Below are positions 47,659-57,929 of a stretch of DNA of 64,000 nucleotides, piece by piece. This stretch comes from Obrimoposthia wandeli (Eukaryota): positions 248,001 to 312,000 of the forward strand of contig CDROCS010001089.1 of NCBI GenBank assembly GCA_977020255.1. The letters are read 5' to 3'. How positions within the stretch are numbered: the stretch's first letter is position 1; each line of letters starts with the position of its first letter. The translations under genes were made by a program, and so were the position numbers. Under the pieces are notes generated by a model, which had not been told where the DNA came from, made no database searches, and saw nothing but the letters and a program-made list of their open reading frames with translations.

Positions 47659-50105
47659 GTCCGACGCTACGTCTTGCGGTTAAACAAATTCGCAGCCAAT
47701 GGCGTAAAGCTGATTGGCTAACACTGATGTTGTCATTGTTTATGATGACCACGTTAGTGACCTTGCTCACCACCACCAGTGATCGCCTTTACAGCAGTTT
47801 AACCGATCAAAGTGCTGACATTATGGGCGCTGATCTAGTGTTTCGCAGCCAGCAACCTATCACGCCACTAAAGCAGCAGCAAGTAACAGATAACAAGTTA
47901 GTCTCCAGCGCTGTTACTCAGTTTGTGAGTATGGCAGAAGCGGGTGACAACAACGTACTCAGTACTATTCGCGCCGTTACTGATCCCTATCCTGTGCGCG
48001 GCAAAATAATCACCGAGCCGAAAGCCAGCAGCAACATCCCCGAAAAAGACACTATTTGGGTCGATAAAAGCTTATTGAGCCGTTTAGAGATTAAGCTTAA
48101 CGATAAAATATTTTTAGGCTATGCAGAATTTCGCGTATCTAATATTGTTGTAGACAGCCCCGACAGAGGCCGCGGCATGTCTAACTTTAACCCGCAAATC
48201 ATTATGCGCAGTGACCAACTTAAAGCCACCGGCATTTTGGCCCCCGGTAGCCGCGCTAGGTATCGCTTATTGGTTAAAGGTGACGAGCAATCCATACTGA
48301 AACTACAGCAGCTGTGGTCAACAGGTTTAGTAAAAGGGCAGCGCATAATCAATGCCCGCGATGACAGAGAAATCAGAGGTGGATCAATCGCCAATGCCAG
48401 CCGCTACTTAAAGCTCAGCGCCCTACTCTCATTATTGCTAGGTGCAGTGGCGATTTTACTATCACTGCAACGCTACAGCAGTGATCAGCGTAAGCGTTCG
48501 GCACTGCTACTAAGCTTGGGCATGACACCCAAACAGCTCATCTTCATTTATTCATTTCAGCTATTTATTGGCTGGCTGATTGCCGCTGTTGCAGGTACGG
48601 CTGTAGGATTATTCTTACATCAGTTTATCGCTTCACAAATAGGTGAATTCCTCCCGCATATCTCCAGCTTGAGTCTCGCATCAGTTATCACCAGCCCGCT
48701 GTTGGCGTTAGCTATTTTGTTTATTTTAGGCCTGCCAACTCTGCTACCTTTAGGGCGCGTTTCAATTTTACAAATGCTGCGCAAAGAGCAAAAAAATAGC
48801 GTTAGCCGCTGGCATTATTTTGCCTGTGCAATGTTACTGTTAACCGCTATTAGCTTGTATATGGGCTCGATAGTATTAGCTGCTGTGATTACTTTACTGT
48901 TACTAGTGTTAGGTTGGGTTTCAGGTTTCTTTGCCCAACACGTGCTAGTTTTTCTGGTGAAAAAACTGCAAGGGCGCGTGGCACTTGCACCATTATTAAC
49001 CTTGCGCTTACGCCAACAGCGTCACTGGCATCGCTTACAAGCGGGCGTATTCTCCTTGTTATTGGCGATTATGGCGGTACTGTTTTTTGTACGTAATGAC
49101 TTAATAGAACAGTGGCAAGGACAGATTCCTAAAGACAGCCCTAATCACTTTGCGATTAATATTCAACCGTGGGAAAAAGATCGATTAGCGACATGGATGC
49201 TCGATCAAAAAATCCCTGCCAAGCTTTTCCCTATCGTGCGTGGCCGCATTACCCAAATTAATGAAACACCTGTTGCCCAAGCACTCAATAGCGAACAAGC
49301 GCAAACCCACGCGCTGCGCCGCGAGCTAAATACTACTTGGCAGCAAGAGTTAAGTAAGCAAAACACGGTGATCAAAGGCGAATGGAATCCGGATGTAGCT
49401 GGGGTGTCTATTGAGCGCGAACTCAGCGAAGATTTAGGTTTAAAGCTTGGTGATACATTAGGCTTAAGTGTGGCGGGGCAAATGCTATCGGTGCCTATCA
49501 CTAGTGTCAGGGAAGTTGATTGGGAATCTTTTCGACCCAACTTTTTCTTAATCTATACTCCTAAATTGCTTGAGCAATTCCCGTATACTTTTATTACCAG
49601 CTTTAAGATCCCTGAAGAGGAGCTAAATAAAAGTAGCTTGTTAGTAAAAGCGTTCCCAACCATTACCTTAATAGACATCGACAAAATATTTAAGCAAGCA
49701 CAAGGCGTTATTAATAAGCTTGCAGATAGTGCCAGCCTAGTGATGTTTTTAACAGTGATTAGTGGCGCATTAATGCTGCTCACTATTTTGCAACAAGAGC
49801 TTGCACAACGCCGTTATGAAGGCGCACTACTGCAAACTTTAGGTGCATCTGAAAGGCAAACAAGGCAGCTAGATATGCTCGAGTTCTGTTTACTTGGGAT
49901 CACCTGTGGATCTATCGCCGCATTCGTGGCCGAATTACTGTTAGCCGTTATGAGCGCTAAGTTCTTCGATTTACCAGTCACAGTGCACCCGCTGCTTTGG
50001 ATAACATTGCCGATTATTGCCACTATCACGTTTAGCGGTATCGGTAATTTAGTTAGAGGGAAACTCAGTTTAGCTGATTGCTATGGTTTAATAAAAGCAA
50101 GTTGA
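47655..50105 (+). CDS. ybbP: FtsX-like ABC permease (YbbP-like)
   Basis: GADLV, PGSRARYR, PNHFAINIQ, VDWESFRPNFF; duplicated permease halves. Confidence 0.88.
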   Translation: MSPTLRLAVKQIRSQWRKADWLTLMLSLFMMTTLVTLLTTTSDRLYSSLTDQSADIMGADLVFRSQQPITPLKQQQVTDNKLVSSAVTQFVSMAEAGDNNVLSTIRAVTDPYPVRGKIITEPKASSNIPEKDTIWVDKSLLSRLEIKLNDKIFLGYAEFRVSNIVVDSPDRGRGMSNFNPQIIMRSDQLKATGILAPGSRARYRLLVKGDEQSILKLQQLWSTGLVKGQRIINARDDREIRGGSIANASRYLKLSALLSLLLGAVAILLSLQRYSSDQRKRSALLLSLGMTPKQLIFIYSFQLFIGWLIAAVAGTAVGLFLHQFIASQIGEFLPHISSLSLASVITSPLLALAILFILGLPTLLPLGRVSILQMLRKEQKNSVSRWHYFACAMLLLTAISLYMGSIVLAAVITLLLLVLGWVSGFFAQHVLVFLVKKLQGRVALAPLLTLRLRQQRHWHRLQAGVFSLLLAIMAVLFFVRNDLIEQWQGQIPKDSPNHFAINIQPWEKDRLATWMLDQKIPAKLFPIVRGRITQINETPVAQALNSEQAQTHALRRELNTTWQQELSKQNTVIKGEWNPDVAGVSIERELSEDLGLKLGDTLGLSVAGQMLSVPITSVREVDWESFRPNFFLIYTPKLLEQFPYTFITSFKIPEEELNKSSLLVKAFPTITLIDIDKIFKQAQGVINKLADSASLVMFLTVISGALMLLTILQQELAQRRYEGALLQTLGASERQTRQLDMLEFCLLGITCGSIAAFVAELLLAVMSAKFFDLPVTVHPLLWITLPIIATITFSGIGNLVRGKLSLADCYGLIKAS

Positions 50106-50603
50106 AGACTGGCTATTTTTACTTAAGGAACACGAGAACCAATTCTCATAATTGTCGTGTATATATGTATTTTGCCAATAAAGGCATGATACCCACTGTT
50201 TCGATAACAAGGAGAGACACGCCCTTTAGGTCCCAAGGAACATAGCATTTACTCTTGGCTGATTTAAGCTGTGCCTAATTCAGCCGTAAAAAAATGATTT
50301 CGCTCACTAAACAGCCATTCAATGATAAACAATGCCGAGTAAATAACGTATCCTAAGTCTCCATTCAGCACAGAAGAATTAGACTAGCTTCGCCACTTTT
50401 TTTTGGGTGCCAAGAATATTTTTCGTCAATAGCTCTGTACAAGCATTAGAAACCAGCTGTACAGAGGATATAAATATCAAACCATTACGTTAACCAGCAA
50501 GTATTCTATAGTGAATAAAACCCTTGGATGATTTAGGCTCCACCTAGTTTATCTGTAGTTATAGTATAAAATATTACCCAACGTCTAATAACATCAAAAG
50601 GAT

Positions 50604-51368
50604 ATGATGATGCAGCTAAACTATTTCACATTTTCTCTACGCAAAGTGCTGGCTTTACTCAGTGTCGTATTTTCGACTTTTAATGTATCCGCAGCAGATA
50701 TTTTAGAGCTGTATGTGGTCGATTACCCACCCTATATGATCATAGATGCTCAAGGTAAAATCAGTGGTATTGATGTAGAAGTGACTAAATCAGCCTTTGC
50801 ATCTGTTGGCGTGCCTACTCAAATATTAACGGCGCCATGGAAAAGAGTATTAAAAAGTATGCAATACGGCTCTATTGCCGGCGCCTTAACTTGTTCAAAA
50901 AGAGCTGATAGGGAAAAATTTATCGCTTATAGCGATAAAGTCAGCGAGGCAAACCAAGTGGCTGTAATGAAAGTGGACGACGACGACAGCCAGTTGATTA
51001 ACTTTGCCGATTTAGCAAAGTTTAAGGTAATGGTAGTCGATGGCTGGGGAATTCAGAAGGAACTTGAGATAAAGAAGATAGCCCATGAGACGACGCAAGA
51101 AATGGATGACGGTATTAACTCTGTGATTTTTAGAGATATCGATGTTTTTTATAACGGAGAACTGACTACCTTGTATCGTGTTCGACAACTGGGGCTTCAA
51201 GATAAAATTAAAACCAAACGTTTTGTGGATAAACCGAGCGTCCCGTTTCACCTATGTCTCAGTAAAGGCGTTGATGGTCACCAGGCGCTGCTAGAGATGT
51301 TTAATCAAGGTTTACAAAACATCAAAGCATCAGGTGAGTTTGATGCTATTTATAAAAAATACCTCTAG
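50604..51368 (+). CDS. periplasmic solute-binding protein (family 3-like)
   Basis: Signal peptide, DYPPY, SGIDVEV, PWKRVL, FNQGLQNIKASGEFDAIYKKYL. Confidence 0.88.
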   Translation: MMMQLNYFTFSLRKVLALLSVVFSTFNVSAADILELYVVDYPPYMIIDAQGKISGIDVEVTKSAFASVGVPTQILTAPWKRVLKSMQYGSIAGALTCSKRADREKFIAYSDKVSEANQVAVMKVDDDDSQLINFADLAKFKVMVVDGWGIQKELEIKKIAHETTQEMDDGINSVIFRDIDVFYNGELTTLYRVRQLGLQDKIKTKRFVDKPSVPFHLCLSKGVDGHQALLEMFNQGLQNIKASGEFDAIYKKYL

Positions 51369-51433
51369 AAGTAGTATGAATGTAACCCGCTATTTTTAAA
51401 TATAGAATGAGTTTACAGTGAGCATTATCTTAT

Positions 51434-53863
51434 ATGGCTATTAAAACCAAATATCGTATTGCGTTTAAACAAGCACGGTTTGTGTTAGTTATCTCTATCT
51501 TTTTGGGGCTTACTTTTACTTGTTTACAGTTGTTTTTTGACTTAAAACAAGAAAAACAGAACTTAGTTAGAGCCATCGAGCGAACAATTAATTTACATAG
51601 AGAAACCGCAAAGTTAGTGGTTTATAACCTCAACAAAAACCAAGCCTCTGATATAACAAGAGCTCTCATTTCCCAGCCTGAAATATACCGAGCACAACTG
51701 ATTGATGATTTTGGTGAAGTACTTGCAGAACATACTCGCCCTCCCTTAGAGATTAACCACCTAGTGATGCTCGCTGACTCTCTATTCCAAATACCGCAAA
51801 AGGTAGCCACATCTCTAGCCATTAGAGGGGTAACACAGAGTGATGCTCAATTAATTATTCAACTAGATGGTGCTTATATTTTAAGTGCTTTTTCTCAACG
51901 AGCCGTCACTAACTTACTCTTTAGTTTACTTTTCAATCTAGTATTAGTGTCTGTGTTTGTACTGTTATTTTACCACTATTTTTCTCGTCCTATTGAAAAC
52001 ATTGCAAAGTGGGTAGAGGAGTTACGCTCAGGCAAAGATTGCACAGAATTGCCCTACTCAGAACCCGATGAAATTGGTAATTTAGTCGCTAGTTTCTCGG
52101 GGCTATGGCGTGAGCGTAAAGAAGTTGCCGATCAATTAAGCGAAACCGTTAAAGACCTCTCAAAGAGTGAATACTTCTCCCGCTCACTAATGGATAATGC
52201 CGGCGACGCAATGTTTCTATGCCTCCCAGATACCACCATAGTGAAAATCAACTATCAAGCGGCGCATACTCTGGGTGCACAAAAGCAAGCATTAGAAGGG
52301 CAGAAAATGGCCCAATTCAGCGTTAATCATACACAGAAAACACTAGAGGCATTATTTTCTACTTTTAAAACAAAAGAAGTAACTTCTTTTGAAGATAAGC
52401 AGCAGGGAACCCAAGGTCACATATTTCCGATTGAAGCGAGGGGAATCAAGCTTAGGCTACAAGACACAAATTACATTTTGATCATGGCCCACGATATCTC
52501 AGCGCGTAAAGTGGCAGAGCAAAAAATTTATGAATTAGCCTTCTTCGACCCCCTGACAAGCTTGCCAAACCGTCGTCTGTTTCTCGATAGATTGAGCTCT
52601 TCGATGAACATTCACCAGAACAATTTATGTTATGGCGCGGTGCTGTATTTAGATTTGGATCACTTTAAAACCATTAATGATTCTCTTGGCCATGGCATAG
52701 GCGACGCTTTACTGTGTGATATAGCGAAACGGCTGAATGACATTCTGCCGGTTAAAAGTACCTGTTCACGATTCGGTGGCGATGAATTCGTAGTACTACT
52801 CCCGGAAATGGGTAACACGGCGGATGTTAGTGCTGAGGTAGTGGCGAGCATTTCAGTGAATATATTAGAACAGATGAGTTTGCCTTTTGAGGTAAGCGGC
52901 CACACTTTGTACTGTACATCAAGTATCGGTATCGCCATGTTCCCCGAAAAAACAGCAGATGCCAATGACGTATTACGCCGTGCCGATACCGCCTTATATA
53001 GAGTAAAAGCACAGGGGCGCAATGGCTTCCAGTTTTTTGATCCCGAAATGCAATCCACTGCACAACACCGCTTAGAAGTTGAAAAAGGTTTACATCAGGC
53101 ATTGGTCAATCAAGAGTTCGTACTTTGGTTCCAGCCTCAAGTAGGCCCCAATGGTGAGCTGATAGGAGCAGAGGCGCTACTGCGCTGGAACCACCCACAA
53201 AAAGGAATGTTACTGCCTGGAGATTTCATTAATATCGCTCAAGAAAGTGGGCAAATAATTGAAATAGGCAACTGGGTGCTTGCCCGAGCGCTACAGCAAT
53301 TAGTCCTGTGGTTACAATTAGGTTTGCCAGCCACCTTTAAGCGTTTAGCGGTGAATGTTAGCCCTATTCAATTTATGCAGAGCGACTTCGTAGAAAAAAC
53401 CTGCGAATTAATGGACGAGCTAGGTATACCTGGCAGTAAGCTAGAGCTAGAAATCACTGAAAATACTTTGGTTGATAACTTTAAAACGGCCAGTAGTAAA
53501 ATGAAACGTCTAAAGCTTCGTGGTATTTCTTTTGCCATAGACGACTTTGGGACAGGTTATTCATCGCTGCGCTATCTACAGTATTTGCCCCTAGATATTC
53601 TAAAGATAGACCGCTCATTCGTGACAAACTTGCGTATTGATACTGATGAAGCAGCACTTATTGAAGTCATTATCACCACCGCTGACCGCCTAGGTTTAAC
53701 GATTATTGCCGAAGGGGTTGAAACGAAAGAAGAGTATGAAGCACTTAAATCTTTAGGCTGCCTGCACTATCAGGGGTACCTATTTTCAAAACCTTTACCT
53801 GCAGCCGTTTTATACAAGACGTGGTGCAAACCCTCTTTAGAAGCTGTCAAAAAAGGAAATTAA
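51434..53863 (+). CDS. TM-HAMP-PAS-GGDEF-EAL c-di-GMP enzyme
   Basis: FDPLTSLPNRR, FGGDEF, AEALLRW, DDFGTGYSS, AEGVET, QGYLFSKP. Confidence 0.93.
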   Translation: MAIKTKYRIAFKQARFVLVISIFLGLTFTCLQLFFDLKQEKQNLVRAIERTINLHRETAKLVVYNLNKNQASDITRALISQPEIYRAQLIDDFGEVLAEHTRPPLEINHLVMLADSLFQIPQKVATSLAIRGVTQSDAQLIIQLDGAYILSAFSQRAVTNLLFSLLFNLVLVSVFVLLFYHYFSRPIENIAKWVEELRSGKDCTELPYSEPDEIGNLVASFSGLWRERKEVADQLSETVKDLSKSEYFSRSLMDNAGDAMFLCLPDTTIVKINYQAAHTLGAQKQALEGQKMAQFSVNHTQKTLEALFSTFKTKEVTSFEDKQQGTQGHIFPIEARGIKLRLQDTNYILIMAHDISARKVAEQKIYELAFFDPLTSLPNRRLFLDRLSSSMNIHQNNLCYGAVLYLDLDHFKTINDSLGHGIGDALLCDIAKRLNDILPVKSTCSRFGGDEFVVLLPEMGNTADVSAEVVASISVNILEQMSLPFEVSGHTLYCTSSIGIAMFPEKTADANDVLRRADTALYRVKAQGRNGFQFFDPEMQSTAQHRLEVEKGLHQALVNQEFVLWFQPQVGPNGELIGAEALLRWNHPQKGMLLPGDFINIAQESGQIIEIGNWVLARALQQLVLWLQLGLPATFKRLAVNVSPIQFMQSDFVEKTCELMDELGIPGSKLELEITENTLVDNFKTASSKMKRLKLRGISFAIDDFGTGYSSLRYLQYLPLDILKIDRSFVTNLRIDTDEAALIEVIITTADRLGLTIIAEGVETKEEYEALKSLGCLHYQGYLFSKPLPAAVLYKTWCKPSLEAVKKGN

Positions 53864-54212
53864 GACTTTAAACTTTGCAACGTTACTCACTTTCAGTGGC
53901 ACTCTTAAGGCCATTGGCTTAATACCGCAAAGCATATTATTCAAATACAGATTCTGCCTTAGTCGTTATACAAAATATGCCGATCTAGCAGTACAACAAG
54001 AAAACAGCTTGCGTGATTTACAAGAATGATGCGCTGCAAGGCCTGCATTTGTTTAGCTATCTTCCATTGCCTTTTGATGATTAGTCGATAGAATATGTTG
54101 CAGTTAATTTCTACGGCCGCATTAATCATTAAATCTGCCGATATAATTAAAACTTCCTAAGTGATCAATCACTCGTTAATTGATTAACATTTTTCCTTCG
54201 AGCTTGCTGTAT

Positions 54213-55586
54213 ATGAAAAAAAACTTAATCTTAGATACCGATTCTTATAAACTTTCTCACTTTAAACAATATCCAATTGGCACAGAGCAAGTTTTTTCTT
54301 ATATCGAAAGTCGCGGTGGCTGTTTTGACAGCACTTTGTTTTTTGGCCTACAGAAAGCTTTAATCGAACTGAATGAAAACTTCCCAAATTGGGATGATTT
54401 TGCAGAAGCCCAAACACTGACCAAAGCTCACGGCGTTCCCTTCAACGAGCAAGGTTGGCGAGAGCTGATTGAACTAGGATATTTTCCCCTAGAGATTAGG
54501 GCAGTACCAGAAGGGAAAGTTATCCACACGCAAAATGTTTTAGTGACTGTGGTTAACACTGATCCGCGTTTTTACTGGCTAACCAGCTACTTGGAAACAT
54601 CTTTGTTACGCGCTGTTTGGTATCCTACAACCGTTGCAACACTCTCTTTTGAATGTAAAAAAGTGATTAACCGCTATATGCAGGCCACGTGCGATAACAC
54701 TGACGGCTTAGTTTTTAAACTGCATGACTTTGGTGCCCGCGGTGTTTCTAGTGAAGAATCAGCTTGTATTGGCGGAGCAGCCCATCTAGTCAATTTCTTA
54801 GGCACTGATACGCTATCCGCTGTGCGTTTTGCCAGAGACTATTACGCGGCAGGGATTTGCGGCTTCTCAATTCCCGCCACTGAACATAGCACGATTACCA
54901 GCTGGGGACGAGAGTGCGAATTAGACGCTTATCGTAATGTGCTTGAACAGTTTCCCGAGGGTTTATTAGCCTGCGTTTCCGATTCTTACGATATTTTTAA
55001 CGCTGTGGGTAACTTATGGGGTGACAAGTTAAAAGAGCAAGTCAATCAGCGCCAAGGCACTTTAGTCATCAGGCCTGATAGTGGTGATCCTGAAGATATC
55101 TTACCTATATTATTAGACACGCTAGGCGAAAGTTTTGGCTACAGCGAAAATAGCAAAGGCTATAAAGTTCTCAATGATAAAGTACGCTTAATACAAGGCG
55201 ATGGTATAAAACTTAGCTCTATTGGCCATATTTTAGAAATTATGACTGCTAAAGGCTGGAGCACCGAAAACATCGCGTTTGGTATGGGTGGTGGCTTATT
55301 GCAGCAACTCAATCGGGATACTCAGAAGTTTGCCATGAAAAACAGCGCTGCCAAAGTAAATGGTAAGTGGCGTGATGTGTACAAAGATCCCGTTACTGAT
55401 CATGGTAAACGTTCCAAAAAAGGCATTCTTGATCTACAGGGGGGGAAAACGGTTTCTATTGATGCTAGTTTATTATTCGCAACACGCCCCCATTCTGACC
55501 TCCAAGTGGTTTATCGCGATGGTCAACTAATGAATAAAATGACTTTCCAACAAATAAGAGATAATGCTACTGATTGTTTATCTTGA
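54213..55586 (+). CDS. nadV: nicotinamide phosphoribosyltransferase (NAMPT)
   Basis: DTDSYKLSH, LHDFGARG, IPATEHS, VSDSYD, IRPDSGDP, IQGDG, FGMGGGLLQ. Confidence 0.88.
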   Translation: MKKNLILDTDSYKLSHFKQYPIGTEQVFSYIESRGGCFDSTLFFGLQKALIELNENFPNWDDFAEAQTLTKAHGVPFNEQGWRELIELGYFPLEIRAVPEGKVIHTQNVLVTVVNTDPRFYWLTSYLETSLLRAVWYPTTVATLSFECKKVINRYMQATCDNTDGLVFKLHDFGARGVSSEESACIGGAAHLVNFLGTDTLSAVRFARDYYAAGICGFSIPATEHSTITSWGRECELDAYRNVLEQFPEGLLACVSDSYDIFNAVGNLWGDKLKEQVNQRQGTLVIRPDSGDPEDILPILLDTLGESFGYSENSKGYKVLNDKVRLIQGDGIKLSSIGHILEIMTAKGWSTENIAFGMGGGLLQQLNRDTQKFAMKNSAAKVNGKWRDVYKDPVTDHGKRSKKGILDLQGGKTVSIDASLLFATRPHSDLQVVYRDGQLMNKMTFQQIRDNATDCLS

Positions 55587-55728
55587 GCAGCTGCGTTATT
55601 CATAAAAAACGCGTACATTATGTAGCTTTTGATGACCGCCCAAAAAATTATTACTGAACTCAAGCTAACAGCTTTTGGCTGTTTATATTTCACTCAAGCA
55701 TGTTAATTGACATGCTTTTTTCAAAAGC

Positions 55729-56088
55729 TGTGCATAACTATTGGAAGTATTGATTATATAAGTGCCATATTTTACTTTAATTATTGTTTTATAAATAAAA
55801 TACTCGAAAATTTTTCGACAAGCCGATATTCACAAGTTATTCACAGCTAAACTTTACGAACGAAACCTGGTCAACAATCAAACAATTTTTGTATTTTTAT
55901 ACATAACCCTTCTTAGATTAGCTAATGTAAATTAACTATTGTTAGTAACTATTTGATTATTAGCAACTATTAACATATTTTGTGGACAACTACTTGGATA
56001 GAGCTTGCACAAGGTTCTGATAACCCTCTACAAGGCAGGAACGGTGTGCCCTGTGTGATTCAGGTCAAAAAACAACCGCTGTAGATAA
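55729..56088. promoter_or_regulatory. cluster of DnaA boxes with an IHF-like site
   Basis: Perfect TTATNCACA at 55729-55737 (reverse) and 55837-55845. One-mismatch boxes at 55826, 55897, 55981 (reverse) and 56080 (reverse). AATCAA-ACAA-TTT at 55876-55888. Confidence 0.65.
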
Positions 56089-56196
56089 GAGTTTGTAATA
56101 TTAGAGATGTCTAGTGTTTTTTTAATTTATTTTAAATATAAATTACTGGATCAAAACTTGCTTTTCACCCACTTTTTGCCAGATCATTATTTTCTT

Positions 56197-57015
56197 TTAG
56201 GCTTTGCTTAATTGATTGCTAACAAAAAATTGCTGATACTGGCGTGGCGTTAAAGCAGTACGTTTTTTAAAATTACGCTGGAAATGACTTTGGTCAGCAA
56301 AACCCAAATCATTCGCGGTGTTTGCCAAACTAGCACCGGATTTAAGCATTGTTCTGGCGCGCTTAATGCGTTGATCTAATTGATAAGCGTGCGGGCTTTG
56401 CCCATAACGTTGTTTAAAGCTTCTTATTAAGTGAAACGGGCTTAGATCGGTCAATTTACAAAAGTCGCTCAATGCAATATTGCTACCGAGTTTATCCATA
56501 ATCAATTCTTGCACTAAGCCTATGCTACCCATTTTAACCTCTTGCGCAATAAGCGCTGGGTTGAACAGCTGCGCACAGTATTCAATCAACATGCTTTCGG
56601 CTAATAACGGATTATTTTGAGTGCTCAAGACTTGATAAAGACGGCTAAAAGCATGATAGCTGGAACTGCAATTAAGCAAGTTTTGCTCAAATGGGCTGTA
56701 GTCATAGGTTGATGGCGGGCATACTTCTTTTTGTATCTTTGCCATCCACGCTGTCTCTATAAATAGCATCCTGTAGGACCATTTTTCAGTTTGTGGATTA
56801 CAAGAATGAGCATCACCGGGGTTAATAGTGACGAGTGTTTGGCTAGCTATTTTTTGCGTGTCAGTGCGGTTTTTATATATAGCTTGCCCATCATCCACCA
56901 CACCAAAAGAAAATTCATCATGGCTATGAGTGCTATAACAACTACTGGAATGGCTGGCACTGCGCATTTCTACGAAATCAAAGGCAGCGCTTTTACATAA
57001 ATTATGCGTTTGCAT
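56197..57015 (-). CDS. AraC family regulator
   Basis: HSHDEFSFG cupin; LSPFHLIRSF...GFADQSHFQRNFK. Confidence 0.92.
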   Translation of the reverse strand: MQTHNLCKSAAFDFVEMRSASHSSSCYSTHSHDEFSFGVVDDGQAIYKNRTDTQKIASQTLVTINPGDAHSCNPQTEKWSYRMLFIETAWMAKIQKEVCPPSTYDYSPFEQNLLNCSSSYHAFSRLYQVLSTQNNPLLAESMLIEYCAQLFNPALIAQEVKMGSIGLVQELIMDKLGSNIALSDFCKLTDLSPFHLIRSFKQRYGQSPHAYQLDQRIKRARTMLKSGASLANTANDLGFADQSHFQRNFKKRTALTPRQYQQFFVSNQLSKA

Positions 57016-57149
57016 TATCTTTTTCTACCTTGCTGCAATGATTTAAAAGGCCTAAACCGTAATTAGTTCGACTCATCAGTGTCCTGTTTAATTTTTGTTG
57101 CTCATTAACTCATTAATTTTACCATAACAGAAAATCACAAATCGATGAT

Positions 57150-57752
57150 TTAGACTGTTGAAATAAACATGGATATAACCGTTAAGCTCAATAATAACCC
57201 CATTATGCGGTTAAACATAATTTGATGCTGATTTATTAATCCGCTAATCATCTGCCCAGCTACCGCCCAAATACCGACACCGACACAACAAATAACAAAT
57301 GACAGCACTGTAAAAATAACTAAATAAGTGAACGCGGGAGCATTAGGTGTAACAAAAACGCTCACACCCGACATAGAAACTAACCACGCTTTAGGGTTCA
57401 ATCCTTGAGCTAAAGCGCCTTGCAAGAAACTAGGTGCTGTTGCTGTAACTCCCTCTTCTCCCTCGGTGTTAACCTTCGCGGTGGCTATTTTTAACGCCAT
57501 ATAAAGTAGGAATATGGCGCCAATGTATTTAAGCCATTGGCTAAATTGCGGTAAATCTAACAAGAACTGATTTAAACCTACGCCGACAATAAAAACCAAC
57601 AATGCATAAGATATTGACGCGCCCAATACATGAGGAAGCGTACGCTTAAAGCCGAAATTAACACTACTGCTAGTAGCAATAATATTAACAGGCCCGGGTG
57701 ATGCAGCCCCTATAAACGCAAATACTGACATCGATAATATAATAGATAACAC
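57150..57752 (-). CDS. LysE family exporter
   Basis: ASPGPVNI, GAIFLLYMA, QGLNPKAW. GTG start inferred. Confidence 0.9.
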   Translation of the reverse strand: MLSIILSMSVFAFIGAASPGPVNIIATSSSVNFGFKRTLPHVLGASISYALLVFIVGVGLNQFLLDLPQFSQWLKYIGAIFLLYMALKIATAKVNTEGEEGVTATAPSFLQGALAQGLNPKAWLVSMSGVSVFVTPNAPAFTYLVIFTVLSFVICCVGVGIWAVAGQMISGLINQHQIMFNRIMGLLLSLTVISMFISTV

Positions 57753-57929
57753 AGTGAACCCCACCAAAAAAATGAAGCTCAATAATAACCGCTAAGTCTT
57801 ATTGATTATTGAACAATATTGCGCAATGAATATATATCTTAGAAAACTATGTAACTAGTTACGTAATTGGTTTATATTACCCTTCTCGTTATTTTTTATG
57901 AATTTATTGTAGGTATTAAATTGGATCAT

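Noticed and set aside
55729-56088. Firm call of oriC
   Set aside because: No dnaA, dnaN, rpmH, gidA or mioC nearby and GC skew could not be computed; kept only as a DnaA-box cluster.
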